Positions 48,349-58,460 of a DNA stretch of 64,000 bases are shown in pieces. The DNA comes from Flavobacteriales bacterium (lineage in GTDB: Bacteria > Bacteroidota > Bacteroidia > CAIKAF01), in the NCBI GenBank assembly GCA_025451235.1, contig JANWKT010000025.1, forward strand, positions 56,201 through 120,200, given 5' to 3'. The notes beneath the pieces were generated by a model. It had not been told where the DNA came from, did not search any database, and saw only the letters and a list, made by a program, of their open reading frames with translations. The translations under genes and the position numbers were made by a program. Position 1 is the stretch's first letter; the number at the start of each line of letters is the position of its first letter.

Positions 48349-50895
48349 ATGGAAGCAAGATTTTCGCCCCGGGTAAAAGATGTACTTACTTATAGCAGGG
48401 AAGAGGCCATACGACTGGGACACGACTATATAGGCACCGAGCATTTGATCCTTGGGATGATTCGTGATGGGGAAGGTGTAGGCATTAAAATCCTAAACAC
48501 CCTAGGGGTAGATGTGAACGATTTGCGCAAAGAATTGGAAGCTACCATCAGGCCACATTCTAAAAATAATGTAAATATGGCCAATATCCCCATCGTAAAA
48601 CAGGCCGAAAAAGCATTAAAAGTGACCTATTTGGAGGCCAAATTATTTAATAGTGCCATTATAGGTACCGAGCACCTTTTATTGGCTATTTTAAAGGATG
48701 ATGAATCCGTGGTTACCCGAATCCTGAAAAGATATAAAGTGGATTATAATATTGTAAAAGATGAAATAAGCTATATGATGGGCGAAGGACCAAAATCTGA
48801 GTTTCCTGGAAATCCAAATGAAGATGATCCGGAAGAAGGTAATATGGGATTTAGTGCAGGTAAAAAACAAGGAGATAGTAAATCTAAGACCCCTGTTCTG
48901 GATAATTTCGGTCGTGACCTGAGCAAAATGGCCGAAGAAGGGAAACTGGATCCGATCATTGGCAGGGATAAAGAAATTGAAAGGGTGAGCCAGATATTGA
49001 GCCGTCGTAAAAAGAATAACCCCATCCTGATTGGAGAACCTGGAGTAGGTAAATCCGCTATCGCTGAAGGTCTGGCATTGCGAATTGCCCAGAAAAAAGT
49101 ATCCAGGGTGTTGTTCGGTAAAAGAATTGTTTCGCTTGACCTTGCCTCATTAGTTGCTGGCACAAAATACCGTGGTCAGTTTGAGGAAAGAATGAAAGCA
49201 TTGATGAATGAATTGGAAAAATCTCCGGATGTGATCCTTTTCATCGATGAGATACATACCATTATTGGCGCAGGCGGAGCTTCCGGCTCATTAGATGCTT
49301 CCAACATGTTCAAACCTGCATTAGCAAGGGGAGAAATTCAATGTATTGGTGCTACTACCCTGGATGAATATCGTCAGTTCATTGAAAAAGATGGTGCATT
49401 GGACCGTCGATTTCAAAAAGTAATGGTAGAGCCTACCACTGAAGAAGAAACTTTACAGATCCTGAATAATATCAAAGAAAAATACCAGGATCACCACAAT
49501 GTTACCTATACAGAAGAAGCACTGAAAGCCTGTGTAACTCTTACCAGTCGATACGTTACAGATCGTTTCCTTCCCGACAAGGCCATTGATGCCCTGGATG
49601 AAGCGGGTGCAAGGGTGCATATAACTAATATAAAAGTGCCGAAAGAAATAGAGAACATTGAAAAGGAAATTGAAGAGGTAAAAGTAGAAAAAACGAATGC
49701 GGTCCGCAGTCAGAAGTATGAAGAGGCGGCCCGCTTAAGAGATAAAGAACATCAATTGTATACCAAACTGGAAAAAGTAAAACAGGATTGGGAAGAACAG
49801 ACCCGCAATAACCGTGAAACGGTTACAGAAGATAATGTAGCCGAAGTGGTATCGATGATGACCGGTATCCCTGTTCAGAAAGTTTCGCAAAGCGAGGTAA
49901 ACAAATTAAGCAAATTGGGTGATCTCATCAAGGGCAAAGTAATAGGCCAGGATGAAGCGGTAAAAAAAGTGGTGAAAGCCATTCAAAGAAACCGTGCAGG
50001 ATTAAAAGATCCCAACAAACCCATAGGCACCTTTGTTTTCTTAGGCCCAACAGGTGTGGGTAAAACCCAATTGGCAAAAGTATTGGCAAGGACCATGTTC
50101 GAAAGTGAGGATGCCTTGATCCGTATCGACATGAGTGAATATATGGAGAAATTTGCTGTTAGCCGCTTGATTGGAGCACCTCCCGGATATGTAGGTTATG
50201 AAGAAGGTGGGCAGCTGACCGAAAAAGTACGTCGTAAACCGTATAGCGTGGTTCTATTGGATGAAATAGAAAAAGCCCACCCGGATGTATTCAACTTATT
50301 ATTGCAAACATTGGATGACGGTATGCTAACCGATAGCTTAGGTCGTAAAATTGACTTTAAGAATACTATCATTATTATGACATCCAATATTGGTAGCCGT
50401 GAATTGAAAGATTTTGGCGGAGGTGTTGGTTTTAATACATCTACTAAAAAAGGAAATGATGATTACCAGAAAAGTGTGATCCAAAACGCATTGAAACGTG
50501 CATTTGCTCCTGAGTTCTTAAACAGGATCGATGATATCATTATGTTCAACGGCTTAAGTCAGGACGATATTCATAAGATCATTGATGTGGAATTAATAGG
50601 ATTGGTGAAACGGATTGAATTGAATGGATATACCCTGGATATTACAGAAGAGGCCAAAAATTTTATTGCTGATAAAGGCTTTGATGCAAATTTCGGGGCC
50701 CGTCCACTCAAACGAGCTATCCAGAAATATATTGAAGATCCGTTAGCCGAAGAGATCATTAATGAAAAACTGGCCGAAGGAGATACCATCAAACTCGACT
50801 TGATAGAAGGTGAGATCAAAATTAAGATCAATAAGCCAAAAAAGAAAAAACCTAAAACAGAAGGTGAAGAAAGTCCTCCTGAAGAAAATAAATAG
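48349..50895 (+). CDS. clpC: ATP-dependent Clp protease ATP-binding subunit (ClpC/ClpA-B family, two AAA+ modules with Clp_N repeats)
   Basis: Clp_N 'EHLILGMI' repeated, Walker A 'GEPGVGKSAIAEGLA' and 'GPTGVGKTQLAK', and a UVR-like 'YEEAARLRDKE'; 848 aa. Confidence 0.9.
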   Translation: MEARFSPRVKDVLTYSREEAIRLGHDYIGTEHLILGMIRDGEGVGIKILNTLGVDVNDLRKELEATIRPHSKNNVNMANIPIVKQAEKALKVTYLEAKLFNSAIIGTEHLLLAILKDDESVVTRILKRYKVDYNIVKDEISYMMGEGPKSEFPGNPNEDDPEEGNMGFSAGKKQGDSKSKTPVLDNFGRDLSKMAEEGKLDPIIGRDKEIERVSQILSRRKKNNPILIGEPGVGKSAIAEGLALRIAQKKVSRVLFGKRIVSLDLASLVAGTKYRGQFEERMKALMNELEKSPDVILFIDEIHTIIGAGGASGSLDASNMFKPALARGEIQCIGATTLDEYRQFIEKDGALDRRFQKVMVEPTTEEETLQILNNIKEKYQDHHNVTYTEEALKACVTLTSRYVTDRFLPDKAIDALDEAGARVHITNIKVPKEIENIEKEIEEVKVEKTNAVRSQKYEEAARLRDKEHQLYTKLEKVKQDWEEQTRNNRETVTEDNVAEVVSMMTGIPVQKVSQSEVNKLSKLGDLIKGKVIGQDEAVKKVVKAIQRNRAGLKDPNKPIGTFVFLGPTGVGKTQLAKVLARTMFESEDALIRIDMSEYMEKFAVSRLIGAPPGYVGYEEGGQLTEKVRRKPYSVVLLDEIEKAHPDVFNLLLQTLDDGMLTDSLGRKIDFKNTIIIMTSNIGSRELKDFGGGVGFNTSTKKGNDDYQKSVIQNALKRAFAPEFLNRIDDIIMFNGLSQDDIHKIIDVELIGLVKRIELNGYTLDITEEAKNFIADKGFDANFGARPLKRAIQKYIEDPLAEEIINEKLAEGDTIKLDLIEGEIKIKINKPKKKKPKTEGEESPPEENK

Positions 50896-50898
50896 GAT

Positions 50899-50929
50899 GA
50901 AGCCCTGCAGAAATGCGGGGCTTTTTTTT
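50899..50929 (+). terminator. Rho-independent terminator
   Basis: gaagccctgcagaaatgcggggctt followed by tttttttt. Confidence 0.7.
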
Positions 50930-51042
50930 GGGGAGTATCTCTCCACCTAAGGTAAAGTCAACGCTTCAGCCGGCGGGGCGCCAGCTTTGCTCCCTGGCAG
51001 GTAGGTTTCCTGCTTTACGTTTTGTCTTTTAAAAAGCAAAAG

Positions 51043-51993
51043 ATGGAACTGCATGAGAATGTTCTTATCTTTACAAGAATGGGCATCCTTTATATTATAC
51101 TACTATGCATTGGAGGATTCGTCCTTCTTTTTATTGCCTTTAGGTATTTATCGAAGTTCCAGGACAAATACATGGGCAGTTCCCTTGAAAACGCCGAAGT
51201 ATATAAGAACGAGCTGGTAGTAATGAGCCATATTTACCATAGCGGAGGAGATACCGGTGATGCGTTTGAACATACACGGATCGTGCATATAGACATTCTC
51301 ACTGGAAAATACCTGCAAAGGACCGTGATGAACACTGAACTGAAGCTGGAAGAGAAAGTGGACCCGCTGCTGGTTTTAAGGGCTGCCAATATGTACTATG
51401 TATACGACATGTCCATTAGGAAAAAGGTATTTGATTATGGTATTTTATATGCGTATGATGCCAGGGCAAATGCAGAAAAACTATCGAAGATCACCTATAA
51501 CAACCGCAATTTTTCCATAGTTACATTGAAAGGAACTCAATTATCCATTCCTCTCGAAAAATTGGCCTCCATCAACGGTCATGCAAAGGAAGATGATCAA
51601 AGCACCGGGAATTTGTTTTCATTTAAAAAAGATGAAAACAATGAAGTCTATTACCTGGAATATGAAAACTCCAGAACCCCTGCCCTATCCACTTATATCC
51701 ATCCGGAAAAAATTTCGGAGCTGAATAACCAGGTGGTCTTTTTATTCCACGATACCCTCGATGAATACTCAACCATATTCCTGGCCAAGGCAGATACCTC
51801 AGGTAATTTATTGTGGAAGCTGAGCAATCCTGATTTGGGTTTGAAACATAGAATGGAATATGATCAAAAGATCGAATTGAAGTATCATTATATCTATCAG
51901 TATGTATTGGTAATGGTTTTTGATGCTAAAAGAGATATTACCGCTGGCATTGATTTGAATACCGGAAAAATTATTTGGAAACATAAAGTATAG
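51043..51993 (+). CDS. Hypothetical membrane-anchored protein
   Basis: ATG at 51043 (MELHEN...) then a TM 'MGILYIILLCIGGFVLLFIAF'. The ORF-track start at 51022 is a TTG. Confidence 0.5.
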   Translation: MELHENVLIFTRMGILYIILLCIGGFVLLFIAFRYLSKFQDKYMGSSLENAEVYKNELVVMSHIYHSGGDTGDAFEHTRIVHIDILTGKYLQRTVMNTELKLEEKVDPLLVLRAANMYYVYDMSIRKKVFDYGILYAYDARANAEKLSKITYNNRNFSIVTLKGTQLSIPLEKLASINGHAKEDDQSTGNLFSFKKDENNEVYYLEYENSRTPALSTYIHPEKISELNNQVVFLFHDTLDEYSTIFLAKADTSGNLLWKLSNPDLGLKHRMEYDQKIELKYHYIYQYVLVMVFDAKRDITAGIDLNTGKIIWKHKV

Positions 51994-52001
51994 TGGGTAC
52001 A

Positions 52002-52050
52002 GTATAAGTAGCCAAAACTATGCTTAAAAAGGCTGTTTTGGCTACTTATA
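52002..52050. repeat. Hairpin made of two inverted copies of a 17-bp repeat (gtataagtagccaaaac / gttttggctacttatac)
   Basis: Perfect 17-bp arms separated by a 16-nt loop. Lies between convergent genes. The distal arm overlaps the ATPase stop codon. Confidence 0.6.
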
Positions 52051-53467
52051 CATCTACAAACAAGTGATCCATATTAAGTTCATTCTGCACTTGCTGAGTA
52101 CTGTATGGATTCGTCACTAAACCATAAGTAGTTATAAATGTGACAAATACATTCTTTTTTGTTTGGGTGCTGGAACGAAAAGCATTCAATTTCTGAGTTA
52201 TTTCGCTGGCATATTTTTTATTGATTGTATAAGGGGCATTGTAAAATTTCATTTCACATAAATTAATCACGTTATCATCCCGGTCGATCAATAAATCTAT
52301 CTGAGCACTGTTCTGTGTATTTTTTTCAATCCAGCTTCCACTTGTTGAGTTGATCCCACTGATCTTTAGCCCTTCTTTTATTTGTTCCACATGCTTGATA
52401 CAAATGGTTTCAAAACTAAAACCAGACCATATCTTGTACGATTGGAGTCCTTGCATTTTCATCCAAATACCCTTACCACCGGCTTTTGTATTTTCAATAT
52501 ACTTGATATAAAAGAGCGAATACTCATCTGTGAGCCTGAAAATGGAATCTTTACTTCCTTGATAAGGTGTATATTTTTCTATAAACCCCGATTCTTCGAG
52601 TTCAGTTAATGTTTTTGTAACGGTACCACCCGAATTTATATTGCTTTTTTTCAGCACCTCATTTCTGGTTAATCCTTTGCGAACAGATGCCAATGTTCTT
52701 ATAATGGCTTCGTGGTTATCATACTGCTCAAAAAGGGAAGCAAATACATGGCTGAACTCCGACCTTAGGAACCCATTTTTATGAAAGCATAGCCGGTCAA
52801 TTATTTGTGCTACACTTTCGCCTGGTAATATTTTTTCCAGATAATGAGGTACTCCTCCCATTGTCATATAAACCTGAAGAATATCGTAGCGCGAAAGCTT
52901 TACTTGATGATGCCTTAAAAGTTGCTCCGTTTCAAATAGATTAAATGGGGATAATTGTATTTGTTGGGTTAACCTGTTATGAAGCCCTCCCTTGTTCTTA
53001 ATAATTTTATTGATCATGTAGGAAGCCGCAGATCCACATATCACCACAATTAAATCATCCCGTTTTGAGGCATAGCTATTCCAAAAGTGATCGAATGCCG
53101 AAAGGAAATTTGATTTCCTGGTATCCAGCCATGGAAATTCATCAATAAAAATTACTTTTTTCTTTTTGGAATTCAGCTTATCAAAATACAGCCTTAATTG
53201 ATGAAAAGCTTCAATCCAATCCGATGGTTCCTTCTGGGACATGAAGGAGGGAAGTGCCAGATGAAAATTCTTAAGTTGTTTTTTTAATGGAGCGTTATAC
53301 ATTCCGGAAAACTCAAACTGGATATAATTCTTATATACCTCCCTGATCAGATATGTTTTCCCAATTCTTCTTCTTCCATACACTACAATAAGCTCCGGTC
53401 TATTACTTTTTAAAGCATTTGTGAGTATCTCTTTTTCCGATTTTCGTCCTATTAATTTCCTGGCCAT
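52046..53467 (-). CDS. AAA+ ATP-binding protein (archaeal-type ATPase/DUF234-like family)
   Basis: 'LIGRKSEKEIL...IVVYGRRRIGKTYLI' Walker A and 'IFIDEFPWL' Walker B; 473 aa. Confidence 0.8.
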   Translation of the reverse strand: MARKLIGRKSEKEILTNALKSNRPELIVVYGRRRIGKTYLIREVYKNYIQFEFSGMYNAPLKKQLKNFHLALPSFMSQKEPSDWIEAFHQLRLYFDKLNSKKKKVIFIDEFPWLDTRKSNFLSAFDHFWNSYASKRDDLIVVICGSAASYMINKIIKNKGGLHNRLTQQIQLSPFNLFETEQLLRHHQVKLSRYDILQVYMTMGGVPHYLEKILPGESVAQIIDRLCFHKNGFLRSEFSHVFASLFEQYDNHEAIIRTLASVRKGLTRNEVLKKSNINSGGTVTKTLTELEESGFIEKYTPYQGSKDSIFRLTDEYSLFYIKYIENTKAGGKGIWMKMQGLQSYKIWSGFSFETICIKHVEQIKEGLKISGINSTSGSWIEKNTQNSAQIDLLIDRDDNVINLCEMKFYNAPYTINKKYASEITQKLNAFRSSTQTKKNVFVTFITTYGLVTNPYSTQQVQNELNMDHLFVDV

Positions 53468-53506
53468 ACCTTGTTATAATCAGCCAAATGTATTAAAAAA
53501 ATGGTA

Positions 53507-53522
53507 GTTTTGGCTACTTATA
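53507..53522. repeat. Third copy (direct) of gttttggctacttata, 40 bp upstream of the ATPase start
   Basis: Exact 16-bp identity to 52035-52050. The shared ttaaaaa prefix extends the similarity. Confidence 0.5.
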
Positions 53523-53798
53523 AGCTAGTTAATAAATTTCAAAATACTGTTAATCAATAATTTAATATTAATAGGTGCTAATTTTTGAAAGAGATAAGGT
53601 ATAAGCCTGGAAGAGTACTATGTTTTTAGCGGTTAGGTTTCCCAACGCCTTATATGTATTGAAAATTGGCATAAAGCAAATGCATAAGTCTTTATTCATT
53701 GATAGGGTCGTTTTCTTACCAACCCAAAAATATAAATGAGCAAATATGGAATCCATCCTATGATCATGGTCCTTTCTTTCTGGGTTTACTGCTAACAC

Positions 53799-56114
53799 TT
53801 ACCAAACCACCAGTTTTAGATAATTAGTTTTAGCACCCATTGAACTCGTTTCTACTATATAAGTTCCTGGTGCAAAATGGTTTACTGGTACGTTGAAATC
53901 ACCTGAATGTGTATTTATATCTGTGTATAGTTTCATTCCCAGACAATCGTAAATATTAAGTAGGGTAATTGATATACCATCAGGAATGTGCACATTGAAA
54001 AAGGAACTGCACGGATTGGGCCATACCTCAATGTTGTATTGTTGAAATTCATTGATCCCGGTGAAAGAAAAGGGATAACAGATAGAAGTATCAACACACA
54101 TACCATGATCAACGATAACCGCAAAGTTTCCGTTCGATGAAGGATAATATATATAGTTGGTTTCTCCCGGTATTGCCACCCATCCAGAGTCACATGAATA
54201 CCATTGGTAGTTATATTGCGAATGATCTGTAGCATGTATTCCACTCACCACATTTGTTATCGTTGCAGCAAAAGGTTGAACATATAAGTGGGTTACAATA
54301 TCACTATCACAACCAAAAACATTCGTGAAATTACTGGTATGATTTACTGTTGAACTTCCAACAGAACCATCCGGGAAAATAAAACTCATTCCTGAACAAA
54401 TGGTATCATAAGAGTGAATCGTTGCTCCCGGTAGAACAATAACTGTAACTTCGGTACATGGACCACCACTCATACATCCTCCCTGACCTCTAACAGAGAC
54501 GGTTTGGGTGAATGTTAATGGAGGTGTTGTATAGCTAGAACCTGTATGAAAATTGTTATTTCCACACCATGAAGCCCAACCCCAAAACGTGGCACTATTT
54601 AGTGAACCGGAAACTATATTATAAGTTACAGAAGTTCCATAGCAAACAGTATCATCCGTAACAGTAATAATTGGAGCTGTAGATGCATTGCACGGCCCGT
54701 ATTTTAACGTATATCCGCCATTACTTGTTGGAGGATTGGGCAGGGTATGGACACTGGTTGTTGGGTCAACGTCAGGAGTACCGCCATAGAAACCTACTGC
54801 AAAAACCTGATCATCATCATTCGTAAATAACTTGTCCGTATAGAATCCTGAAAAACTTCCATCAGCAAAAACCGAGCTAAGAAAGGTTCCGGCAGTATCA
54901 AATTTGGCAAATATGGTTTTATTGGTCGGATCAAGATCTGCCCCTGATGCAAATACATGTCCGGAAGAATTCACTACAACATCAATTTGAGTAAATCCAT
55001 CCCACAGATCATCATCCACATTGGCCCATTCAAATTCAAGATCAGTATTCAGCTTTGATATAAACCATCCAACAATATCCGGACTTGTAAGAAAATAAGT
55101 AGAATCTCCAGGATCAAAATCAACTGTCCCTTGAAAGTTGCCTGCTACGTAAATATTTCCATCCAGATCAACATCCACTCCATGACCTGAATCATGTGTG
55201 GATCCTCCCACTCTAACTGCGTTGTTATATGAACCTGTTAAAGCATTGTATATAGCAATATAGCACTCATGTCCGCCCAAAGAACTAAGCATATTGCTAA
55301 CCAACTGAGAAGGATTAAAATCCACCGATCCACAAAATCTACCGGTAACAATTACAGAAGTATCATTTAGGATCGCCAAGGAACTGGTATTTTCCTGACA
55401 TGCTGCTGACCCACCTATTTCATTCGCCCATCGGAAATTGCCGGAGCTATCGTAGCTAGCTAAAAACCCATCATCGTATAAATTGGTATGCATAAAAAAG
55501 GTATCCTGAGGAAGAGGTGATGGATCGAAATCCGGAATTCCCTGAAATGATCCGGTGATATAAATATTAAAATTAGTGTCTGATTTAATATCCGTTGCCT
55601 TTTTATTCACTCCACCCTTGATCTCTTTTACCCATTCAAAATTGCCTCCGTTATCATATTTTGAAATGTAGATAGCACTGTAAGGCGAATTATTCAAGAT
55701 GTAGGTTCCGGCTGATGGATCAAAATCGGAAGGCCCAACATGGTCACCCAGAACATAGAGATTGCCTTCATTATCTAAATGTATATGAGTATCTCCATCA
55801 ATATTTGTGATGATAAGTTGTTTGGCCCAGGTGAAATTAAACAAACTATCGTATTTGGCAAAATAGATATCTTCGCCTGATACAGAAGTTAAATTGAAAA
55901 TAGAAGGTCCTGGATCAAAATCAAATGTACCATTCAATATACCCACTACATATACATTTCCCGTATCATCCACCTGCACACCGGTGGCTGTCATCCCCAC
56001 ATTCATTGAATTATCATAGGTTTGACCAAAAAGAAAAACCTCTGAATTGTAAATAAATAACCAAACGATACAGATTAACTTGAATATGTGATTAAATCTA
56101 AAAAATCGCTTCAT
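53799..56114 (-). CDS. Large secreted beta-propeller (SBBP-like repeat) protein with T9SS C-terminal sorting domain
   Basis: Signal peptide, repeated 'G..DFDPG/S' beta-propeller blocks, and a C-terminal 'VWPNPCSSFFNVHIP...LGMKLY...GTYIVE' region; 771 aa. Confidence 0.75.
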   Translation of the reverse strand: MKRFFRFNHIFKLICIVWLFIYNSEVFLFGQTYDNSMNVGMTATGVQVDDTGNVYVVGILNGTFDFDPGPSIFNLTSVSGEDIYFAKYDSLFNFTWAKQLIITNIDGDTHIHLDNEGNLYVLGDHVGPSDFDPSAGTYILNNSPYSAIYISKYDNGGNFEWVKEIKGGVNKKATDIKSDTNFNIYITGSFQGIPDFDPSPLPQDTFFMHTNLYDDGFLASYDSSGNFRWANEIGGSAACQENTSSLAILNDTSVIVTGRFCGSVDFNPSQLVSNMLSSLGGHECYIAIYNALTGSYNNAVRVGGSTHDSGHGVDVDLDGNIYVAGNFQGTVDFDPGDSTYFLTSPDIVGWFISKLNTDLEFEWANVDDDLWDGFTQIDVVVNSSGHVFASGADLDPTNKTIFAKFDTAGTFLSSVFADGSFSGFYTDKLFTNDDDQVFAVGFYGGTPDVDPTTSVHTLPNPPTSNGGYTLKYGPCNASTAPIITVTDDTVCYGTSVTYNIVSGSLNSATFWGWASWCGNNNFHTGSSYTTPPLTFTQTVSVRGQGGCMSGGPCTEVTVIVLPGATIHSYDTICSGMSFIFPDGSVGSSTVNHTSNFTNVFGCDSDIVTHLYVQPFAATITNVVSGIHATDHSQYNYQWYSCDSGWVAIPGETNYIYYPSSNGNFAVIVDHGMCVDTSICYPFSFTGINEFQQYNIEVWPNPCSSFFNVHIPDGISITLLNIYDCLGMKLYTDINTHSGDFNVPVNHFAPGTYIVETSSMGAKTNYLKLVVW

Positions 56115-56195
56115 CTAAATAAAATTGAATAGGTGATTAATATGAGCTAATATAGGTAAAAAATAGATAACGCAGGTAATGTGGAAAATATACAG

Positions 56196-56912
56196 TTAGT
56201 TGCTGTTATTAATTTCACTAATGATTAATTTTTTACTCAATATCCATTGATCTTTAGGAATACAAGGATGTTCCTTGTACCAAGAGAACCATTCCTCCTG
56301 AAGGGGCAATAGCGAATTCTTGTCTAAATATATTACATGTCTATGCTTTGAAGGACCAGGCTTAGAATGAGGATAGTAATCGGACATTTCGAATTTATAG
56401 CACTTGTAGTTATGTCCAAGTACAACAAGAGTTGTATCACCAGTATTAGTAATCGGCGCTTTAATATCAGAAGACAATTCGGCCTTATTGAATAATGTTT
56501 CCCCGTTTACTGTATTGAGGTTAAATATTGAATCTAAGCTATTCAGGTAACTCTCCGCACCATAAATTGTGTCACCTTTGTTAAGAGGAAATTGAGCCAT
56601 ATTAACCCAACCAATAAATCTTGGATCAATGTACATCATGTTTATCCTACGATTTTTACTGTTTATATCAAATCTTGTGGGCAAAAAACGGTACATTCTA
56701 AGATAGTTATCTAGAGAATCAATAATTTCAAAATAGCTTTTGAATTTGACTAAAATTCTTTGAGACTTAAATTCAACACAACTGTCCAGATTAACAGATT
56801 TATAGTAATCGTATTTGTTATATATGATTTGTCCAGTAAACCCTATACTCAATTTCTGGCAAAATAAATTGCCTGCCTGAAGAATAAGAATTATGATTAT
56901 AAGCTTTCTCAA
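56196..56912 (-). CDS. Hypothetical secreted protein
   Basis: Signal 'MRKLIIIILILQAGNLFCQ'; 238 aa. Confidence 0.5.
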   Translation of the reverse strand: MRKLIIIILILQAGNLFCQKLSIGFTGQIIYNKYDYYKSVNLDSCVEFKSQRILVKFKSYFEIIDSLDNYLRMYRFLPTRFDINSKNRRINMMYIDPRFIGWVNMAQFPLNKGDTIYGAESYLNSLDSIFNLNTVNGETLFNKAELSSDIKAPITNTGDTTLVVLGHNYKCYKFEMSDYYPHSKPGPSKHRHVIYLDKNSLLPLQEEWFSWYKEHPCIPKDQWILSKKLIISEINNSN

Positions 56913-57395
56913 TAGAATAATTGCAACTAACTACCGGATTGTCCAACCTTTTCCATTTTCAAATGACAACAAATGAAATTACCTTTTGTAAATAAATAAG
57001 ATCTATAGCCCGTATAGTAAATATAAAGATAAATGCTTGTTTGGTTAACCCTACCTAGTATTATATAGGTATCGCCACCTGTCACCCCAAGGGGTGACAA
57101 TACCCCAACTTGGGCCGGCCAAGCCTACCCGACCACAAGGAGGTGCTGGGAACCATAAAAAATAATATATAATAAGGTAGCTTGTAACAATATAGAAGGA
57201 TCATTCGTCTTAGTTTTACCTCTCCTCTCAATCATTAAAAAAGGGTTAAATATTTGCTTTTTGAGAAAAAGGATGTATTTTTGAAACTCAATCGTTAAAC
57301 AACCGTAAAAGGATACTAAAATTTAACTCGCCTATCGAAAGACGCATACTCTAAATCTCTTATTCAAATTGTAAATCTTACAAATCTTAGAGTGT

Positions 57396-57983
57396 ATGCG
57401 GTACGAACAAATGGATGACCAAAAACTGGTAACTGCCTATATCGGCGGCAAAGAATACTGTTTTGAAGTATTACTTACCAGACACAAAGCCAAAGTCTAC
57501 AGCTATATATACCAAATGGTGAAAGACCAGGTAATTAGCGAAGACATTTTCCAGGATACCTTTATTAAGGTTATTCGCACCTTAAAATCAGGCAAATACA
57601 CCGAAGAGGGTAAGTTTTTGCCTTGGGTAATGCGTATTGCCCATAACCTGATCATCGATCATTTCCGTAAGGCTAAGAAAATGCCTATGTACGACAGTCC
57701 TAATGAAGACTTCGACATTTTCAAGCTGATCCGCATACCCGACACCAATGCGGAGGACAGGATGATGAAAGAACAGGCCTACCGCAACATTAACCGCCTG
57801 ATTGAAAAGCTCCCTAAAGAACAGAAAGAGGTTCTATATATGAGGCATTTTGCCGATATGAGCTTTAATGAAATTGCTGAGCAGACCAATGTAAGCATTA
57901 ATACAGCCCTTGGCCGTATGCGCTATGCCTTGATAAACCTCAGAAAACTGATTGAAAAGCACCAGTTGGAACTAGTGGACTAG
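57396..57983 (+). CDS. ECF-type RNA polymerase sigma-70 factor
   Basis: Region 2 'SEDIFQDTFIKV' and 'WVMRIAHNLIIDHFRK', and region 4 'EQKEVLYMRHFADMSFNEIAEQTNVSINTALGRMRYAL'; 195 aa. Confidence 0.85.
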   Translation: MRYEQMDDQKLVTAYIGGKEYCFEVLLTRHKAKVYSYIYQMVKDQVISEDIFQDTFIKVIRTLKSGKYTEEGKFLPWVMRIAHNLIIDHFRKAKKMPMYDSPNEDFDIFKLIRIPDTNAEDRMMKEQAYRNINRLIEKLPKEQKEVLYMRHFADMSFNEIAEQTNVSINTALGRMRYALINLRKLIEKHQLELVD

Positions 57984-58005
57984 TTCCCCCGATTGATATA
58001 TTCAT

Positions 58006-58046
58006 AAGACAGAAAGGCCGGGTTATTCCGGCCTTTCGTGTCTTAT
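58006..58046 (+). other. Long hairpin downstream of the sigma-factor gene (no T-run)
   Basis: agacagaaaggccgg-gttatt-ccggcctttcgtgtct, about 15-bp stem. Confidence 0.45.
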
Positions 58047-58191
58047 GGTCCTTACAGCCCGGCTGCTAGCTTCAGCTAGTTTATAGCCTCTAAAATGGTG
58101 TTCAATAAAAATATTTGCGCTTTTGTATAATAATGTACTTTAGTATGCGTTTTTGATTAAAATTAAAACCACGAAAAACTAAAGTTTGCCT

Positions 58192-58356
58192 ATGATGCAT
58201 ACATTTACTCCAACTACAACCCGAGATAACGAAAGAACAGACCTTAAAATTAAACTGCCAAGCCAGTTCTCATTAAAAGTAATTATGGGATACTCTGCAG
58301 CTTTAAAGGTGATCCGTTTAAAAAATCTTGGAGAAACCGAACTATTCATGAATTGA
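58192..58356 (+). CDS. Candidate small ORF (54 aa), not in the supplied ORF track (below its length cut-off)
   Basis: ATG-ATG start and uninterrupted frame to the TGA at 58354 (MMHTFTPTTTRDNERTDLKIKLPSQFSLKVIMGYSAALKVIRLKNLGETELFMN). The intrinsic terminator below follows 22 bp later. Confidence 0.3.
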   Translation: MMHTFTPTTTRDNERTDLKIKLPSQFSLKVIMGYSAALKVIRLKNLGETELFMN

Positions 58357-58378
58357 TACGTAAGGTTTTTAAAATTAT

Positions 58379-58414
58379 GGCCCCCTGGTTTCAACATCAG
58401 GGGGCTTTTTTTTT
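58379..58414 (+). terminator. Strong rho-independent terminator on + strand
   Basis: ggccccctg-gtttcaacat-cagggggc (8-bp GC stem) followed by 9 T. Confidence 0.8.
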
Positions 58415-58460
58415 GTAGGTTTGTCCTTCAACAAGCTCCAGATAACAAACTTATCTTGGG

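Noticed and set aside
53568-53798. 76-aa minus-strand ORF immediately after the stop of the large T9SS propeller gene
   Set aside because: Abuts the upstream stop codon with no intergenic space or signals. It has an implausible sequence and is likely chance.
58179-58397. 72-aa minus-strand ORF in the sigma-factor–GT intergenic region
   Set aside because: Overlaps the + strand intrinsic terminator and the alternative + strand 54-codon frame. There is no terminator on its own strand and no signal or motif. The + strand reading is more coherent.
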